NCBI GenBank assembly: GCA_036804125.1
Contig: DAIRTA010000001.1
Span: forward strand, 26,005-90,004
Length of the DNA: 64,000 nt
Direction: 5' to 3'
From: Hyphomonas sp.
GTDB lineage: Bacteria > Pseudomonadota > Alphaproteobacteria > Caulobacterales > Hyphomonadaceae
In this document: positions 32,179-41,028 of the stretch, piece by piece
Layout of the letters: every line of letters starts with the position of its first letter
Numbering within the stretch: position 1 is the first letter of the stretch
Made by a program: the position numbers and the translations under genes
The notes under the pieces: generated by a model
Databases searched by the model: none
Told to the model about the DNA's origin: nothing
What the model saw: only the letters and a program-made list of their open reading frames with translations

Positions 32179-33395
32179 GCGCCGCCCTGAAAGATATCAT
32201 CCGTAACGCGACGGTTGCAGAGCTTGAGCTGACGGCTCGATATGGCGCCCTGAAGGCGGATGCGCGCCGTGAGCGGCTGTTTGAGGCCTTTGCCCTGACA
32301 GGCCTCCCGCATCGCCGCATCGAGAACTGGCGCTGGAGCGATTTCAAGGCAGGTGTCAGCAGACTTGAAGCCGTTGACACACCGCCTGCGGACGATCCTC
32401 TGGCCTCTGCTGAGGTCGCCACCTTGCGCTTCACGCCGCAAGGCTTTGCTCCACCGGCTGCGCTTCCGGCTGGCCTGCGACTCATGGCTAAGGATGAAGT
32501 GCAGGCAATGGGAGGGGCGGAGGATGTGCCGCTCGGTGCACTGGCAGCGGCGCTTTCAGGCGAAACTGCCCCTGCCACGCTTCTTGTCGAGGTGACGGGC
32601 AAGGCACCAGTGCGTCTGCATATGGTATTTTCTGGGCCAGGCGCCCTGAATGCGGCACGCGTCGTGCTTCTCATCCGTCCGGAAGCGTCGCTGCAGGTCT
32701 CCGAAAGCCATCTGGGTGGTGCGGCCTTTTCTGCCGCGCTTGTCGAATACAGCCTGAAGCAGCGGGCGCGCCTCGATCGCGTTGTGTATCAGCGCGGCGG
32801 CAAGCACGAAGCGCAGGCGATTACCGCACTGATACAGCAGGATGCTGACGCTGATACGAAACAGACCGTGCTCACCTTCGGCGCCAAGGTCTGCCGGATC
32901 GAGACGCGGCTTGTGCATCAGCAGACAGGCTCAGCGGCAACACTGAACGCGGCCTATCTTGCCGGGGACGGGTATCACAGCGACCTCACCAGCCACGTGC
33001 GCCATGGCGCGCGCGCCTGCGTGACGCGCCAGGTAACGAAGGGCGCTGTGATGAAGGGCGGGCGAGGTGTTTTCCAGGGCAAATTCCATGTTCCGAAAAA
33101 TGCCGGCCAGCAGACAGATGCCTCGATGCAGCATAATGCACTTCTGCTCGAGGAGGGTGCAGAAGTGTTTGCGAAGCCGGAACTGGAAATTCATGCCGAT
33201 GATGTTCAGTGTGAGCACGGAAATACATCGGGCGCTCTGGACGCCGCCCAGCTCTTCTATCTGCGCCAGCGCGGTATTCCATTGTCGCAGGCGCGGGCGA
33301 TATTGACCGAGGCCTTCATAGCCGAGGCCTTCGCTGCAGCGGGCGTGCATGAAGGAGCTTTACGGGCGGAGGCAAGCGCATGGTTGTCACCATGA
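32175..33395 (+). CDS. sufD: Fe-S assembly protein SufD
   Basis: GLP.RR.E.WRWSD, GVFQGK, KPELEI.ADDV.C.HG, LFYLR.RGI. Confidence 0.95.
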   Translation: MSAALKDIIRNATVAELELTARYGALKADARRERLFEAFALTGLPHRRIENWRWSDFKAGVSRLEAVDTPPADDPLASAEVATLRFTPQGFAPPAALPAGLRLMAKDEVQAMGGAEDVPLGALAAALSGETAPATLLVEVTGKAPVRLHMVFSGPGALNAARVVLLIRPEASLQVSESHLGGAAFSAALVEYSLKQRARLDRVVYQRGGKHEAQAITALIQQDADADTKQTVLTFGAKVCRIETRLVHQQTGSAATLNAAYLAGDGYHSDLTSHVRHGARACVTRQVTKGAVMKGGRGVFQGKFHVPKNAGQQTDASMQHNALLLEEGAEVFAKPELEIHADDVQCEHGNTSGALDAAQLFYLRQRGIPLSQARAILTEAFIAEAFAAAGVHEGALRAEASAWLSP

Positions 33396-34618
33396 TGAAA
33401 AACAAGCTCGACCTTCTGGCCGTTCGCGCTGAATTCCCGATCCTGTCACGTGAAGTGAACAGGTACCCGCTGGTCTATCTCGACAATGCTGCCAGTGCTC
33501 AGAAGCCGGAAGCGGTCATCGAAGCCATGGCCAGCCAGATGCGGACGGCCTATGCAAACGTGCACCGGGGTCTGCATACGCTCGCCAACGAGACGACCGA
33601 AGCCTTTGAGGCGGCGCGAGAGAGCGTCCGCACTTTCCTGAATGCGCCGTCAGCGGATACTGTCGTTTTCACGAAGGGGTCGACCGAGGGGATCAACCTC
33701 GTTGCCTCTGCGCTGGCAGAACGCATCCGGCCCGGCGACGAGATCGTCCTGTCGATCATGGAGCACCATTCCAATATTGTCCCTTGGCATTTCCTGCGCG
33801 AACGGCACGGCGCTGTGCTGCGCTGGGTCGGACTCCGGCAGGACGGCGCCTTGGACATGGAGGCCATGGCCGCCGCCATCGGGCCCCGGACAAAACTGGT
33901 CGCCATCACGCATATGAGCAATGTGCTCGGGACCGTGGTGGATGTAGCAGCAATCACGCAACTGGCTCATGCGGCCGGCGCGGAGATCCTCATCGATGGC
34001 AGTCAGGCGGCGGTGCATTTTCCCGTGGATGTGCAGGCCATAGGCTGTGATTGGTACGTCATCACAGGTCACAAGATTTACGGGCCGACGGGCATCGGCG
34101 CGCTTTATGGTTCGGCTGAGGCGCTGGACCGCTCCCGGCCCTATCAGGGCGGCGGAGAGATGATCGAGATGGTCGAGACAGACCGCGTGACCTACAATAC
34201 CGCACCCCACAAGTTCGAAGCGGGGACCCCGCCTATCCTCGAGGCCATCGGCTTTGGCGCGGCGCTCCGCTGGCTCGGCCGGTTCGACAAGGCGGAGGTC
34301 GCGGCGCATGAGCACGCCCTGTATGAGCGCGCAGCCAGTGCCCTGCGCAGCGTAAACGGCCTTCGCATCCATGGCGAGGCGCCGGGCAAGGGCGCAGTAC
34401 TGGCCTTCAGCCTCGAGGGCGCCCATCCACACGACATCGCCCAGATCGTTGACCGCTACGGCATTGCAATCCGCGCCGGCCACCATTGTGCCCAGCCGCT
34501 CATGCAGTATCTGGGCGTCACCGCGACGGCGCGGGCGAGTTTTGCCATTTACAATAGCCCCGAAGAGGTTGACGCCTTCGTTGAGGCGCTCGCCAAGGCG
34601 CGCACGATGCTGGTATAA
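33392..34618 (+). CDS. sufS: Group II cysteine desulfurase SufS
   Basis: YLDNAASAQKP, EHHSN.VPW, GHK.YGPTG, FEAGTP, RAGHHCAQP. Confidence 0.97.
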   Translation: MMKNKLDLLAVRAEFPILSREVNRYPLVYLDNAASAQKPEAVIEAMASQMRTAYANVHRGLHTLANETTEAFEAARESVRTFLNAPSADTVVFTKGSTEGINLVASALAERIRPGDEIVLSIMEHHSNIVPWHFLRERHGAVLRWVGLRQDGALDMEAMAAAIGPRTKLVAITHMSNVLGTVVDVAAITQLAHAAGAEILIDGSQAAVHFPVDVQAIGCDWYVITGHKIYGPTGIGALYGSAEALDRSRPYQGGGEMIEMVETDRVTYNTAPHKFEAGTPPILEAIGFGAALRWLGRFDKAEVAAHEHALYERAASALRSVNGLRIHGEAPGKGAVLAFSLEGAHPHDIAQIVDRYGIAIRAGHHCAQPLMQYLGVTATARASFAIYNSPEEVDAFVEALAKARTMLV

Positions 34619-34626
34619 GGAAAAGT

Positions 34627-35004
34627 ATGGCAGACGATATGGCTTATCTCGGCGGCGATACTGGCGCTTCATCGGTATCTGCGATTCCGCAAGAGGAACT
34701 GGACCGGATCACGGACGCGCTGATTGCGGCGCTCAAGACCGTTTATGATCCTGAGATTCCGGTCGACATCTATGAGCTCGGCCTGATCTACAAGGTCGAC
34801 ATCGATGACAACCGCAAGGTCGATATCGAAATGACGCTTACGGCGCCGGGATGCCCTGTTGCCGGCGACATGCCGGGCTGGATCGAGACCGCCGCGCGCA
34901 CGGTTGCTGGCGTTGAAGATGTCGAGGTGCGTTTGACCTTTGATCCACCCTGGGACCCGTCCCGCATGTCCGATGAGGCGCGGCTTCAACTCAACATGCT
35001 TTGA
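34627..35004 (+). CDS. sufT: SUF system DUF59 protein SufT
   Basis: VYDPEIPVDIYELGLIY, MTLTAPGCP, FDPPW...MS.EA. Confidence 0.93.
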   Translation: MADDMAYLGGDTGASSVSAIPQEELDRITDALIAALKTVYDPEIPVDIYELGLIYKVDIDDNRKVDIEMTLTAPGCPVAGDMPGWIETAARTVAGVEDVEVRLTFDPPWDPSRMSDEARLQLNML

Positions 35005-35039
35005 TTGAAGGAAGCGATAGGCGCCCTTATCTCTGGACC

Positions 35040-35399
35040 ATGACCCGAAGACCCCGCCCCAAACCCGTTCGCCTGACGGATGCCGCTGCTGCCCGCGTGC
35101 GAGAGATCATGGGCGAGCGCGGCATGGGCTATTTGCGCGTCGGCGTCACCAATGGCGGCTGCGCAGGCATGGAATATGTCATGGACTATGCCGGTGCACC
35201 GGAGGCACTCGACGAAGTGGTTGAAGACAATGGCGTCACGATCCTGATCGACGCCAAGGCCGTTCTCTTCCTGCTTGGCAGCGAAATCGATTACGAAACA
35301 ACGCTTCTGCACGAGAAATTCGTGTTCAGGAATCCGAATCAGACCGATGCCTGCGGCTGTGGCGAGAGTGTGACGATCGTGCCTGCACAGGCTGGCTGA
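35040..35399 (+). CDS. sufA: A-type Fe-S carrier (HesB/IscA/SufA; start ATG 35040)
   Basis: GGCAG..Y, F.F.NPN...CGCGES. Confidence 0.93.
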   Translation: MTRRPRPKPVRLTDAAAARVREIMGERGMGYLRVGVTNGGCAGMEYVMDYAGAPEALDEVVEDNGVTILIDAKAVLFLLGSEIDYETTLLHEKFVFRNPNQTDACGCGESVTIVPAQAG

Positions 35400-35408
35400 A
35401 CTGCCGGT

Positions 35409-36215
35409 TCAAGCTTTGTGAAAGGCGGCCAGATTATCCGGCGTCGGCTTGGCTTCCATGCCTTTGGGCGGGTCGGGGATCAGCGTCGCGCGGGTCACAG
35501 GCTCGCCTGTCGCTTCGGCCACAAGCTCAGCCGTCCGCGCTTCGACGACTTCGGTCAACCGGGCGAGGAACTCTTCCTTCGGCAGGCCCGGAGGTATGGG
35601 ATCAAGGAATTCAATTATGGCCGTGCCGGTTGCGCGGGGCCTCTCCTGCTGTTGCCAGAAGACGCCGATATTTGTCGCCACCGGCACGACCGGCACGCCC
35701 ATGGCCTCGGCCATGTGCCAGACACCGGATTTGTAGCGGAAATGATAGCCTACAGGCGCCAGATGACCCTCCGGATAGATCAATACACGCCGCCCATCGG
35801 CCTTTGCCTTCTGCATTCCGTTGACGAGCGATGACGCTTTCTTCTCACCGCCACCGCAGGTGTCGATGACGATGGCGCCGAGTTTTTTCAGGATACCTGA
35901 GACAAGAGGAAAGCGCTCCAGATGGTCGCCCGTGACGAAAGCGAGGTTGGGCACTTCGGGATAGACCAGGAACCCGTCTCCCCAGCTCTGATGTTTTGCC
36001 GCGATCACAAAGGCGCCTTCCGGCAGGCGGTCACGGCCTCTCACTTCCTTTCGGATCCCCGCGACATGGCGCAGCGTCAGGTTCATCGCCCGGGTATAGC
36101 TCTTGATGATGGCGCGGACGGGCCCGTGTCCCGGCCAGGCCAGAAAGAGAAGGGAGGTGAGAACGTAGAAAACCGACAGCACCCAATAGGCGATCATGAA
36201 AAGCAGGCTGCGCAT
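35409..36215 (-). CDS. plsC: 1-acyl-sn-glycerol-3-phosphate acyltransferase family
   Basis: N-terminal TM, KHQSWGD (HxxxxD), IYPEG, PVVPVA.N. Confidence 0.85.
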   Translation of the reverse strand: MRSLLFMIAYWVLSVFYVLTSLLFLAWPGHGPVRAIIKSYTRAMNLTLRHVAGIRKEVRGRDRLPEGAFVIAAKHQSWGDGFLVYPEVPNLAFVTGDHLERFPLVSGILKKLGAIVIDTCGGGEKKASSLVNGMQKAKADGRRVLIYPEGHLAPVGYHFRYKSGVWHMAEAMGVPVVPVATNIGVFWQQQERPRATGTAIIEFLDPIPPGLPKEEFLARLTEVVEARTAELVAEATGEPVTRATLIPDPPKGMEAKPTPDNLAAFHKA

Positions 36216-36240
36216 GGGATTGGCCCTTTACGTGGTGATG

Positions 36241-36846
36241 TCAGTTTGTCTTGAGCACGGCCAGCACGCCGCGTGAAAGTGCTGCGGCATGCTGCGAGAA
36301 TGGACCCGGCAGGCGGTTGTAGATCTTGTTCTGCCCCGCCTGCAGCACGACCCCCAGCGCCATGGCGGCCTTGAGGGCCGGGTCGCCTTTCGGGATCACG
36401 CCACTGTCCATCAGATTGGCGATAACCCGCTCGGTGATCGAGACTGGGTCATCCTCTCGGCGTTTGTCATGGGGCAGGAAGCGGTTGAGTGAAACGAGGT
36501 GGAATGAAAACAACAGGAAATCCTCGTCGGCCAGTTCGCAATAGGCGCTGACCGCTGCGCTTACCTTCATTTCGAGGGTCCCTTCACCGATAAGGGCTTC
36601 AGCCATCATGGCGCCAAGGCGATTATGGGTCTCCATGAACAGCGCAAGGGCAAGCTCATCCTTGCCCTTATAGTGCCTGTAGAGCGCGCCTTCGGACACA
36701 CCTGCTTCCTCCGCAATCTCCCGCGTTGTGGCTGCATCCACGCCATCATGCACAAACAGCTTCAACGCGGCCCGCTCGATCTTGGGCCGGGCGCCCCGCG
36801 TGCGGGGCCGCTTGGCTTCTGGCGCCTGGGACGATGTTTTTGGCAT
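36241..36846 (-). CDS. TetR/AcrR family regulator (ATG 36846, SD GGAG 8 nt upstream)
   Basis: AAL.LF...G...TT..IA..AGVSEG.LYRHY..K..L. Confidence 0.93.
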   Translation of the reverse strand: MPKTSSQAPEAKRPRTRGARPKIERAALKLFVHDGVDAATTREIAEEAGVSEGALYRHYKGKDELALALFMETHNRLGAMMAEALIGEGTLEMKVSAAVSAYCELADEDFLLFSFHLVSLNRFLPHDKRREDDPVSITERVIANLMDSGVIPKGDPALKAAMALGVVLQAGQNKIYNRLPGPFSQHAAALSRGVLAVLKTN

Positions 36847-36870
36847 GTTCAGCACTCCGTTTCAGCCACC

Positions 36871-36936
36871 ATGTAGTACGAGCTGTCCAAAAATGCAAGT
36901 GAATACTCGCTTACTAAGATTACCAAGCGAATTCAC
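36871..36936 (-). promoter_or_regulatory. Sigma70-type promoter of tetR-plsC with an overlapping palindromic operator
   Basis: Minus strand CTTGCA(36899-36894)-N17-CTACAT(36876-36871); imperfect palindrome AAGTGAATACTCGCTT 36897-36912 and related AAGCGAATTCAC 36925-36936. Confidence 0.65.
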
Positions 36937-37005
36937 ACACCAAATTTGTGCTAATGAACTGAATATACTGTAAAATATTGCGCCTCGTTTCGCGGATTGG
37001 CCCTG

Positions 37006-37251
37006 TCAGGACGCAATCTCGACCCGGTAACTCTCGATCACGGGGTTCGCGAGCAGTCTTTCGCACATCTCTCGGACACGTGCGGTTGCTTCTGGCACGG
37101 CGAGTCCGGCTTCAAGGTCAAGCTCGATGATCTTGCCAATCCGGGCGGCTTCGACTTCGCGATACCCCATACGCGCAAGCGTATCTGCGACGGCTTTACC
37201 CTGCGGGTCCAGCACGCCGGGCTTCAGGGACACATGTATGCGGGCTTTCAT
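37006..37251 (-). CDS. purS: FGAM synthase subunit PurS
   Basis: [25 protein letters not shown]. Confidence 0.97.
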   Translation of the reverse strand: MKARIHVSLKPGVLDPQGKAVADTLARMGYREVEAARIGKIIELDLEAGLAVPEATARVREMCERLLANPVIESYRVEIAS

Positions 37252-38030
37252 TTGCTTGTCCCCGTGAAATTGATGACATTGCCGGAGTCCTTGTCAGCCG
37301 CGTCCCGGATGATTCCGAGGCGCCTTGCAACTTCGGCATAGGCGTCCGTGACCCCGCCCAGGTCTCTCCGGAACCGGTCCTTGTCGAGTTTTTCACCAGT
37401 CGCCACGTCCCACAAACGGCAGCTGTCCGGGCTGATCTCGTCTGCGAGAAGGATGCGGGGCATGTCCATGTCGTTTTCGAAGTGGCGACCGAATTCGAGC
37501 TTGAAATCCACCAGCCGTATGCCAACGGCTGCAAACAGGCCCGACATGAAGTCGTTCACTCGCAGGGCGAGGGACACGATATCCTCGTATTCCTGGGGGC
37601 TTGCCCAGCCAAAAGCCGCGATATGCTCTTCCGAAACCATCGGATCGTGAAGCGAGTCACTCTTGTAGTAAAACTCCACCAGCGGACGCGGCAGGGCCTG
37701 TCCTTCGGAAATCCCGAGACGCGTCGAGAGCGAACCGGCCGCCACGTTCCGCACGACCACTTCAAGCGGAATGATCTCGACCTTGCGGATCAGCTGCTCG
37801 CGCATGTTGATGCGCCGGATGAAATGCGTCGGTATGCCCACAGCGCCGAGCTGCGTCATCACGAATTCACTGATGCGGTTGTTCAGAACGCCCTTGCCAT
37901 CAAGCACGGCCTTCTTCTGTGCGTCGAACGCCGTCGTGTCATCCTTGAAATACTGTATCAGGGTGCCAGGCTCAGGCCCCTCATACAGGATCTTGGCCTT
38001 GCCTTCATACACCATGCGGCGCTTGTTCAT
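37248..38030 (-). CDS. purC: SAICAR synthetase
   Basis: [55 protein letters not shown]. Confidence 0.98.
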   Translation of the reverse strand: MNKRRMVYEGKAKILYEGPEPGTLIQYFKDDTTAFDAQKKAVLDGKGVLNNRISEFVMTQLGAVGIPTHFIRRINMREQLIRKVEIIPLEVVVRNVAAGSLSTRLGISEGQALPRPLVEFYYKSDSLHDPMVSEEHIAAFGWASPQEYEDIVSLALRVNDFMSGLFAAVGIRLVDFKLEFGRHFENDMDMPRILLADEISPDSCRLWDVATGEKLDKDRFRRDLGGVTDAYAEVARRLGIIRDAADKDSGNVINFTGTSK

Positions 38031-38205
38031 GTTTTCCGACCTTTCTCGGAGGGGGCAGCCAAGGCTAACCGGCGGGAATCAGCGCTTTGTGCCCCGGACA
38101 GCGCTGATTACGCCAACTCGAAGGCCGAAACAATTATTGCGAACAGATGGCTGTCATCCCTATATCTCGCCATAGGCCGGATTTGCAGCATGAAAGGGTA
38201 TCGGT

Positions 38206-38535
38206 ATGAGCCAGTTTGATGACCGGGAGCGCGCCGAAGAAGCCCGTTATGCGCTCGATCAGGAAACACAGTTCAAGATCAATGCCCGCCGGAACAAGCT
38301 GTTGGGCCTCTGGGTTGCCAACCTGCTCGGGATCACCGGGCCGGCCGCTGAGGACTATGCGCGGTCTGTTGTGATCGCAGATCTTGAGGAACCCGGCGAC
38401 GGTGACGTCATCCGTAAAGTCCTGAAGGATTTTGGTGCTGCGGGAGTGAGCCACACCGAGGCCGATATCCGCAACGAACTTGCGCGTCTCCTTCCTGTGG
38501 CCCGCCAGCAGGTCATCGACGAAATCAAGAGCTGA
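38206..38535 (+). CDS. DUF1476 protein, ATP synthase zeta (inhibitor) subunit
   Basis: FDDRERA.E..YA.D.E..FK..ARRNKLLG.W, D.EE.GD.DV..KV..D; divergent from purC. Confidence 0.9.
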   Translation: MSQFDDRERAEEARYALDQETQFKINARRNKLLGLWVANLLGITGPAAEDYARSVVIADLEEPGDGDVIRKVLKDFGAAGVSHTEADIRNELARLLPVARQQVIDEIKS

Positions 38536-39478
38536 TAGTTTCAGGCTCGGCTGTCAGGGAAACGAAGACATCTTCCAGGTTGGGCGCCTCTGTCGAGAGG
38601 TCGCCTATGGAAATGCCCGCCTCTCGCACGCGCTGGAGAAGGCGGCCAATTCCGGTTTCGCCTGTGCGGAAGGTGATGGCCAGTGCGCCGTCAGGCCGGA
38701 GCTGCGCATCAAGGTTCGAGAGGCTATCAGGGACACTGCGCAGCGGCTCAGCAGGCAGGATCACGAGCGTCTTGTAGTCAAGGCGTGAGAGGAGCTTGGG
38801 TGTGGGCTCGCAGGCGACCACGCGGCCATGATTGATAATGGCGATGGTGTCACAGAGCTCCTCCGCCTCTTCAAGGTAATGCGTCGTGAGAATGATTGTC
38901 GTGCCGCCGGCATGCAATTCGCGGACATAGTCCCACAGCAACCGGCGCAACTCCACATCGACGCCCGCGGTCGGCTCATCGAGAATCAGCACGGGTGGAT
39001 TGTGCACAAGGGCCTTGGCGACCATGAGCCGGCGTTTCATGCCTCCGGACAACTGCCGCACATAGGCGTCCTTTTTATCAGCAAGACCCAGTGCGGTGAG
39101 GATCTCGACTGTCCGCCGCTCGGCTTTCGGCACGCCGTAAAACCCGGCCATCAGCTCAAGCATCTCAAACGGCGTAAAGAACGGATCAGCTACCACTTCC
39201 TGGTTGACGACGCCGATCGCCGCCCGGCTCATCCTGGGTTGCGCATCAATGTCCATGTCCCAGATTTTCGCCAGGCCCGACGTTTTCTTGACCAGTCCGG
39301 CCAGGATATTGATAAAAGTGGATTTTCCAGCCCCGTTCGGGCCGAGCAGCCCGAAGATAGAGCCTGTGCGTATCTGAAGGGAGATGCCCTGAAGTGCCAG
39401 TTTTTCCGGGACTTTTCCGGTAGCCTTGTAGCGCTTCTCAAGACCGTGCACTTCGATCGCAAATTGTGGAAGAGACAT
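38525..39478 (-). CDS. ABC-2 type transporter ATP-binding protein (YadG-like); permease not adjacent
   Basis: GPNGAGKST, LSGGMKRR, LDEPTAGVD, TTHYLEEAE. Confidence 0.93.
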   Translation of the reverse strand: MSLPQFAIEVHGLEKRYKATGKVPEKLALQGISLQIRTGSIFGLLGPNGAGKSTFINILAGLVKKTSGLAKIWDMDIDAQPRMSRAAIGVVNQEVVADPFFTPFEMLELMAGFYGVPKAERRTVEILTALGLADKKDAYVRQLSGGMKRRLMVAKALVHNPPVLILDEPTAGVDVELRRLLWDYVRELHAGGTTIILTTHYLEEAEELCDTIAIINHGRVVACEPTPKLLSRLDYKTLVILPAEPLRSVPDSLSNLDAQLRPDGALAITFRTGETGIGRLLQRVREAGISIGDLSTEAPNLEDVFVSLTAEPETISS

Positions 39479-39589
39479 TGGCTACGCTATCCTTTGGCCA
39501 GCTTGCTAGGCTGACAAGCCTCAATTACCTAGAGTGCGCCGGAATGAGCCGCAACCGTGGCTTTTCGGCTTAGGAACAGGAATCAGCTG

Positions 39590-39793
39590 ATGCCGACCAC
39601 ACGCAACGTGACCACTCCGCCTGAGGTTGTCATGGTCACGAGCCGCAAGGTTTCCTGCAATGGCGGAGGCGGCGCTCTGGGTCATCCTCGTGTATGGTAT
39701 GAAATGGGACATGAGGATTTCGTCGACTGCAAGTATTGCGACCGGCGTTTCATCCTGATCGGCGGCAGTCATGATCCCGCGCGCGCCGGCTGA
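39590..39793 (+). CDS. zf-CHCC zinc-finger protein (NDUFS6-like)
   Basis: V.C.GG.GALGHPRVW...C.YC.R.F. Confidence 0.88.
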   Translation: MPTTRNVTTPPEVVMVTSRKVSCNGGGGALGHPRVWYEMGHEDFVDCKYCDRRFILIGGSHDPARAG

Positions 39794-39824
39794 AGCCCGC
39801 TTCCAGCGTCTGGAACCCTAGGCC

Positions 39825-41006
39825 GTGAGAGTCGTTATCGCAGGTGGTGGCATTGCGGGCCTCACAGCCGCCCTGGCTCTTTCCCGCAGGGGGCATAGCG
39901 TCACTGTCTTTGAACAGGCCCGACGTTTTGATGAGGTTGGTGCCGGCATCCAGATCAGCCCGAACGGCTTGAAAGTGCTTGATGCGCTCGGAGCCGGCGC
40001 GCGCATATCCCGCCATGCTTTCCGGCCGCGAGCTCAGGAACTGCGGCTAGGCCGATCGGGCGCGCTGATCTTTTCCGTTCCCCTGCGGGAAAGGGCGATC
40101 AATCGCTGGGGCGCTGACTATCTGCATGTGCACCGTGCGGATCTGATGAGCGGTCTCGCAGAGACCCTGTCTGAGCAGGCACCTCAAGCCATCCAGCTCG
40201 GCAGGCGTATTGTAGCTTATCAGCAGAACGAACAGGACGTTGTGGCAATTACTGAGGATGGAGAGCAGGTGCCGGGCGATCTTCTCATCGGCGCAGATGG
40301 GTTGCATTCGATAGTCCGGACCCAGATGTTTGGTTCGGAGAAGCCTCGCTACACCGGTCATGTTGCATGGCGAGCGGTCGTTCCCGTCAGCGCTCTGGGC
40401 GATGAGGTGCCGCCGGAAACAGCCTGCGTATGGGTAGGCGCTCGGCGTCATGCCGTGACTTACCGGCTTAGGGGCGGGAGTCTGATAAACTTCGTCGGCG
40501 TGGTTGAACGAGACGCTGCCACAGACGAGTCCTGGTATGCCACAGGACCGTCTGAGGAGGCACTTGCAGACTTTCACAGGTCCCACGCTTCGTTGACCCG
40601 GATCATAGAGCGCGCCGGCCGGCTTGGCATCTGGCCACTCTATGATCGCACGCCGCTCGCTTCATGGACCCAGGGGCGGGTCGCCCTGATCGGCGATGCG
40701 TGCCATCCCATGCTGCCCTTCATGGCGCAGGGCGCAGCGCAGGCGATAGAAGACGCATATATCCTGGCGCGTGAGGTATCAGCCTCACCGGATACGGCCC
40801 GTGGCCTTGCGACTTATGAAGCGATGCGCAAGCCGCGAACCGCCCGTATCCAGGCCCTTGCGGCGCGCAATGCAGGGCTCTTTCACCGATCCAATCCGGT
40901 CACGCAGCTTGGAACCTATGGTCCGATGTGGATGGCGGGGCGTATCATGCCAGAAGCGATCCGCAGGCAGAATGACTGGATCTATGGCCATGACGTCACA
41001 CAATAG
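39825..41006 (+). CDS. FAD-dependent monooxygenase (salicylate/3-hydroxybenzoate hydroxylase-like)
   Basis: GGGIAG, EVGAGIQ..PN, HRADL, GADG.HS, GDACHPMLPF.AQGA. Confidence 0.9.
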   Translation: MRVVIAGGGIAGLTAALALSRRGHSVTVFEQARRFDEVGAGIQISPNGLKVLDALGAGARISRHAFRPRAQELRLGRSGALIFSVPLRERAINRWGADYLHVHRADLMSGLAETLSEQAPQAIQLGRRIVAYQQNEQDVVAITEDGEQVPGDLLIGADGLHSIVRTQMFGSEKPRYTGHVAWRAVVPVSALGDEVPPETACVWVGARRHAVTYRLRGGSLINFVGVVERDAATDESWYATGPSEEALADFHRSHASLTRIIERAGRLGIWPLYDRTPLASWTQGRVALIGDACHPMLPFMAQGAAQAIEDAYILAREVSASPDTARGLATYEAMRKPRTARIQALAARNAGLFHRSNPVTQLGTYGPMWMAGRIMPEAIRRQNDWIYGHDVTQ

Positions 41007-41028
41007 GCCCGTTTGAGGGCCTGCGTGA

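Noticed and set aside
33650..34672. 340-aa ORF antisense to sufS
   Set aside because: Shadow of a high-GC coding strand; no recognisable motif, and sufS fully explains the sequence.
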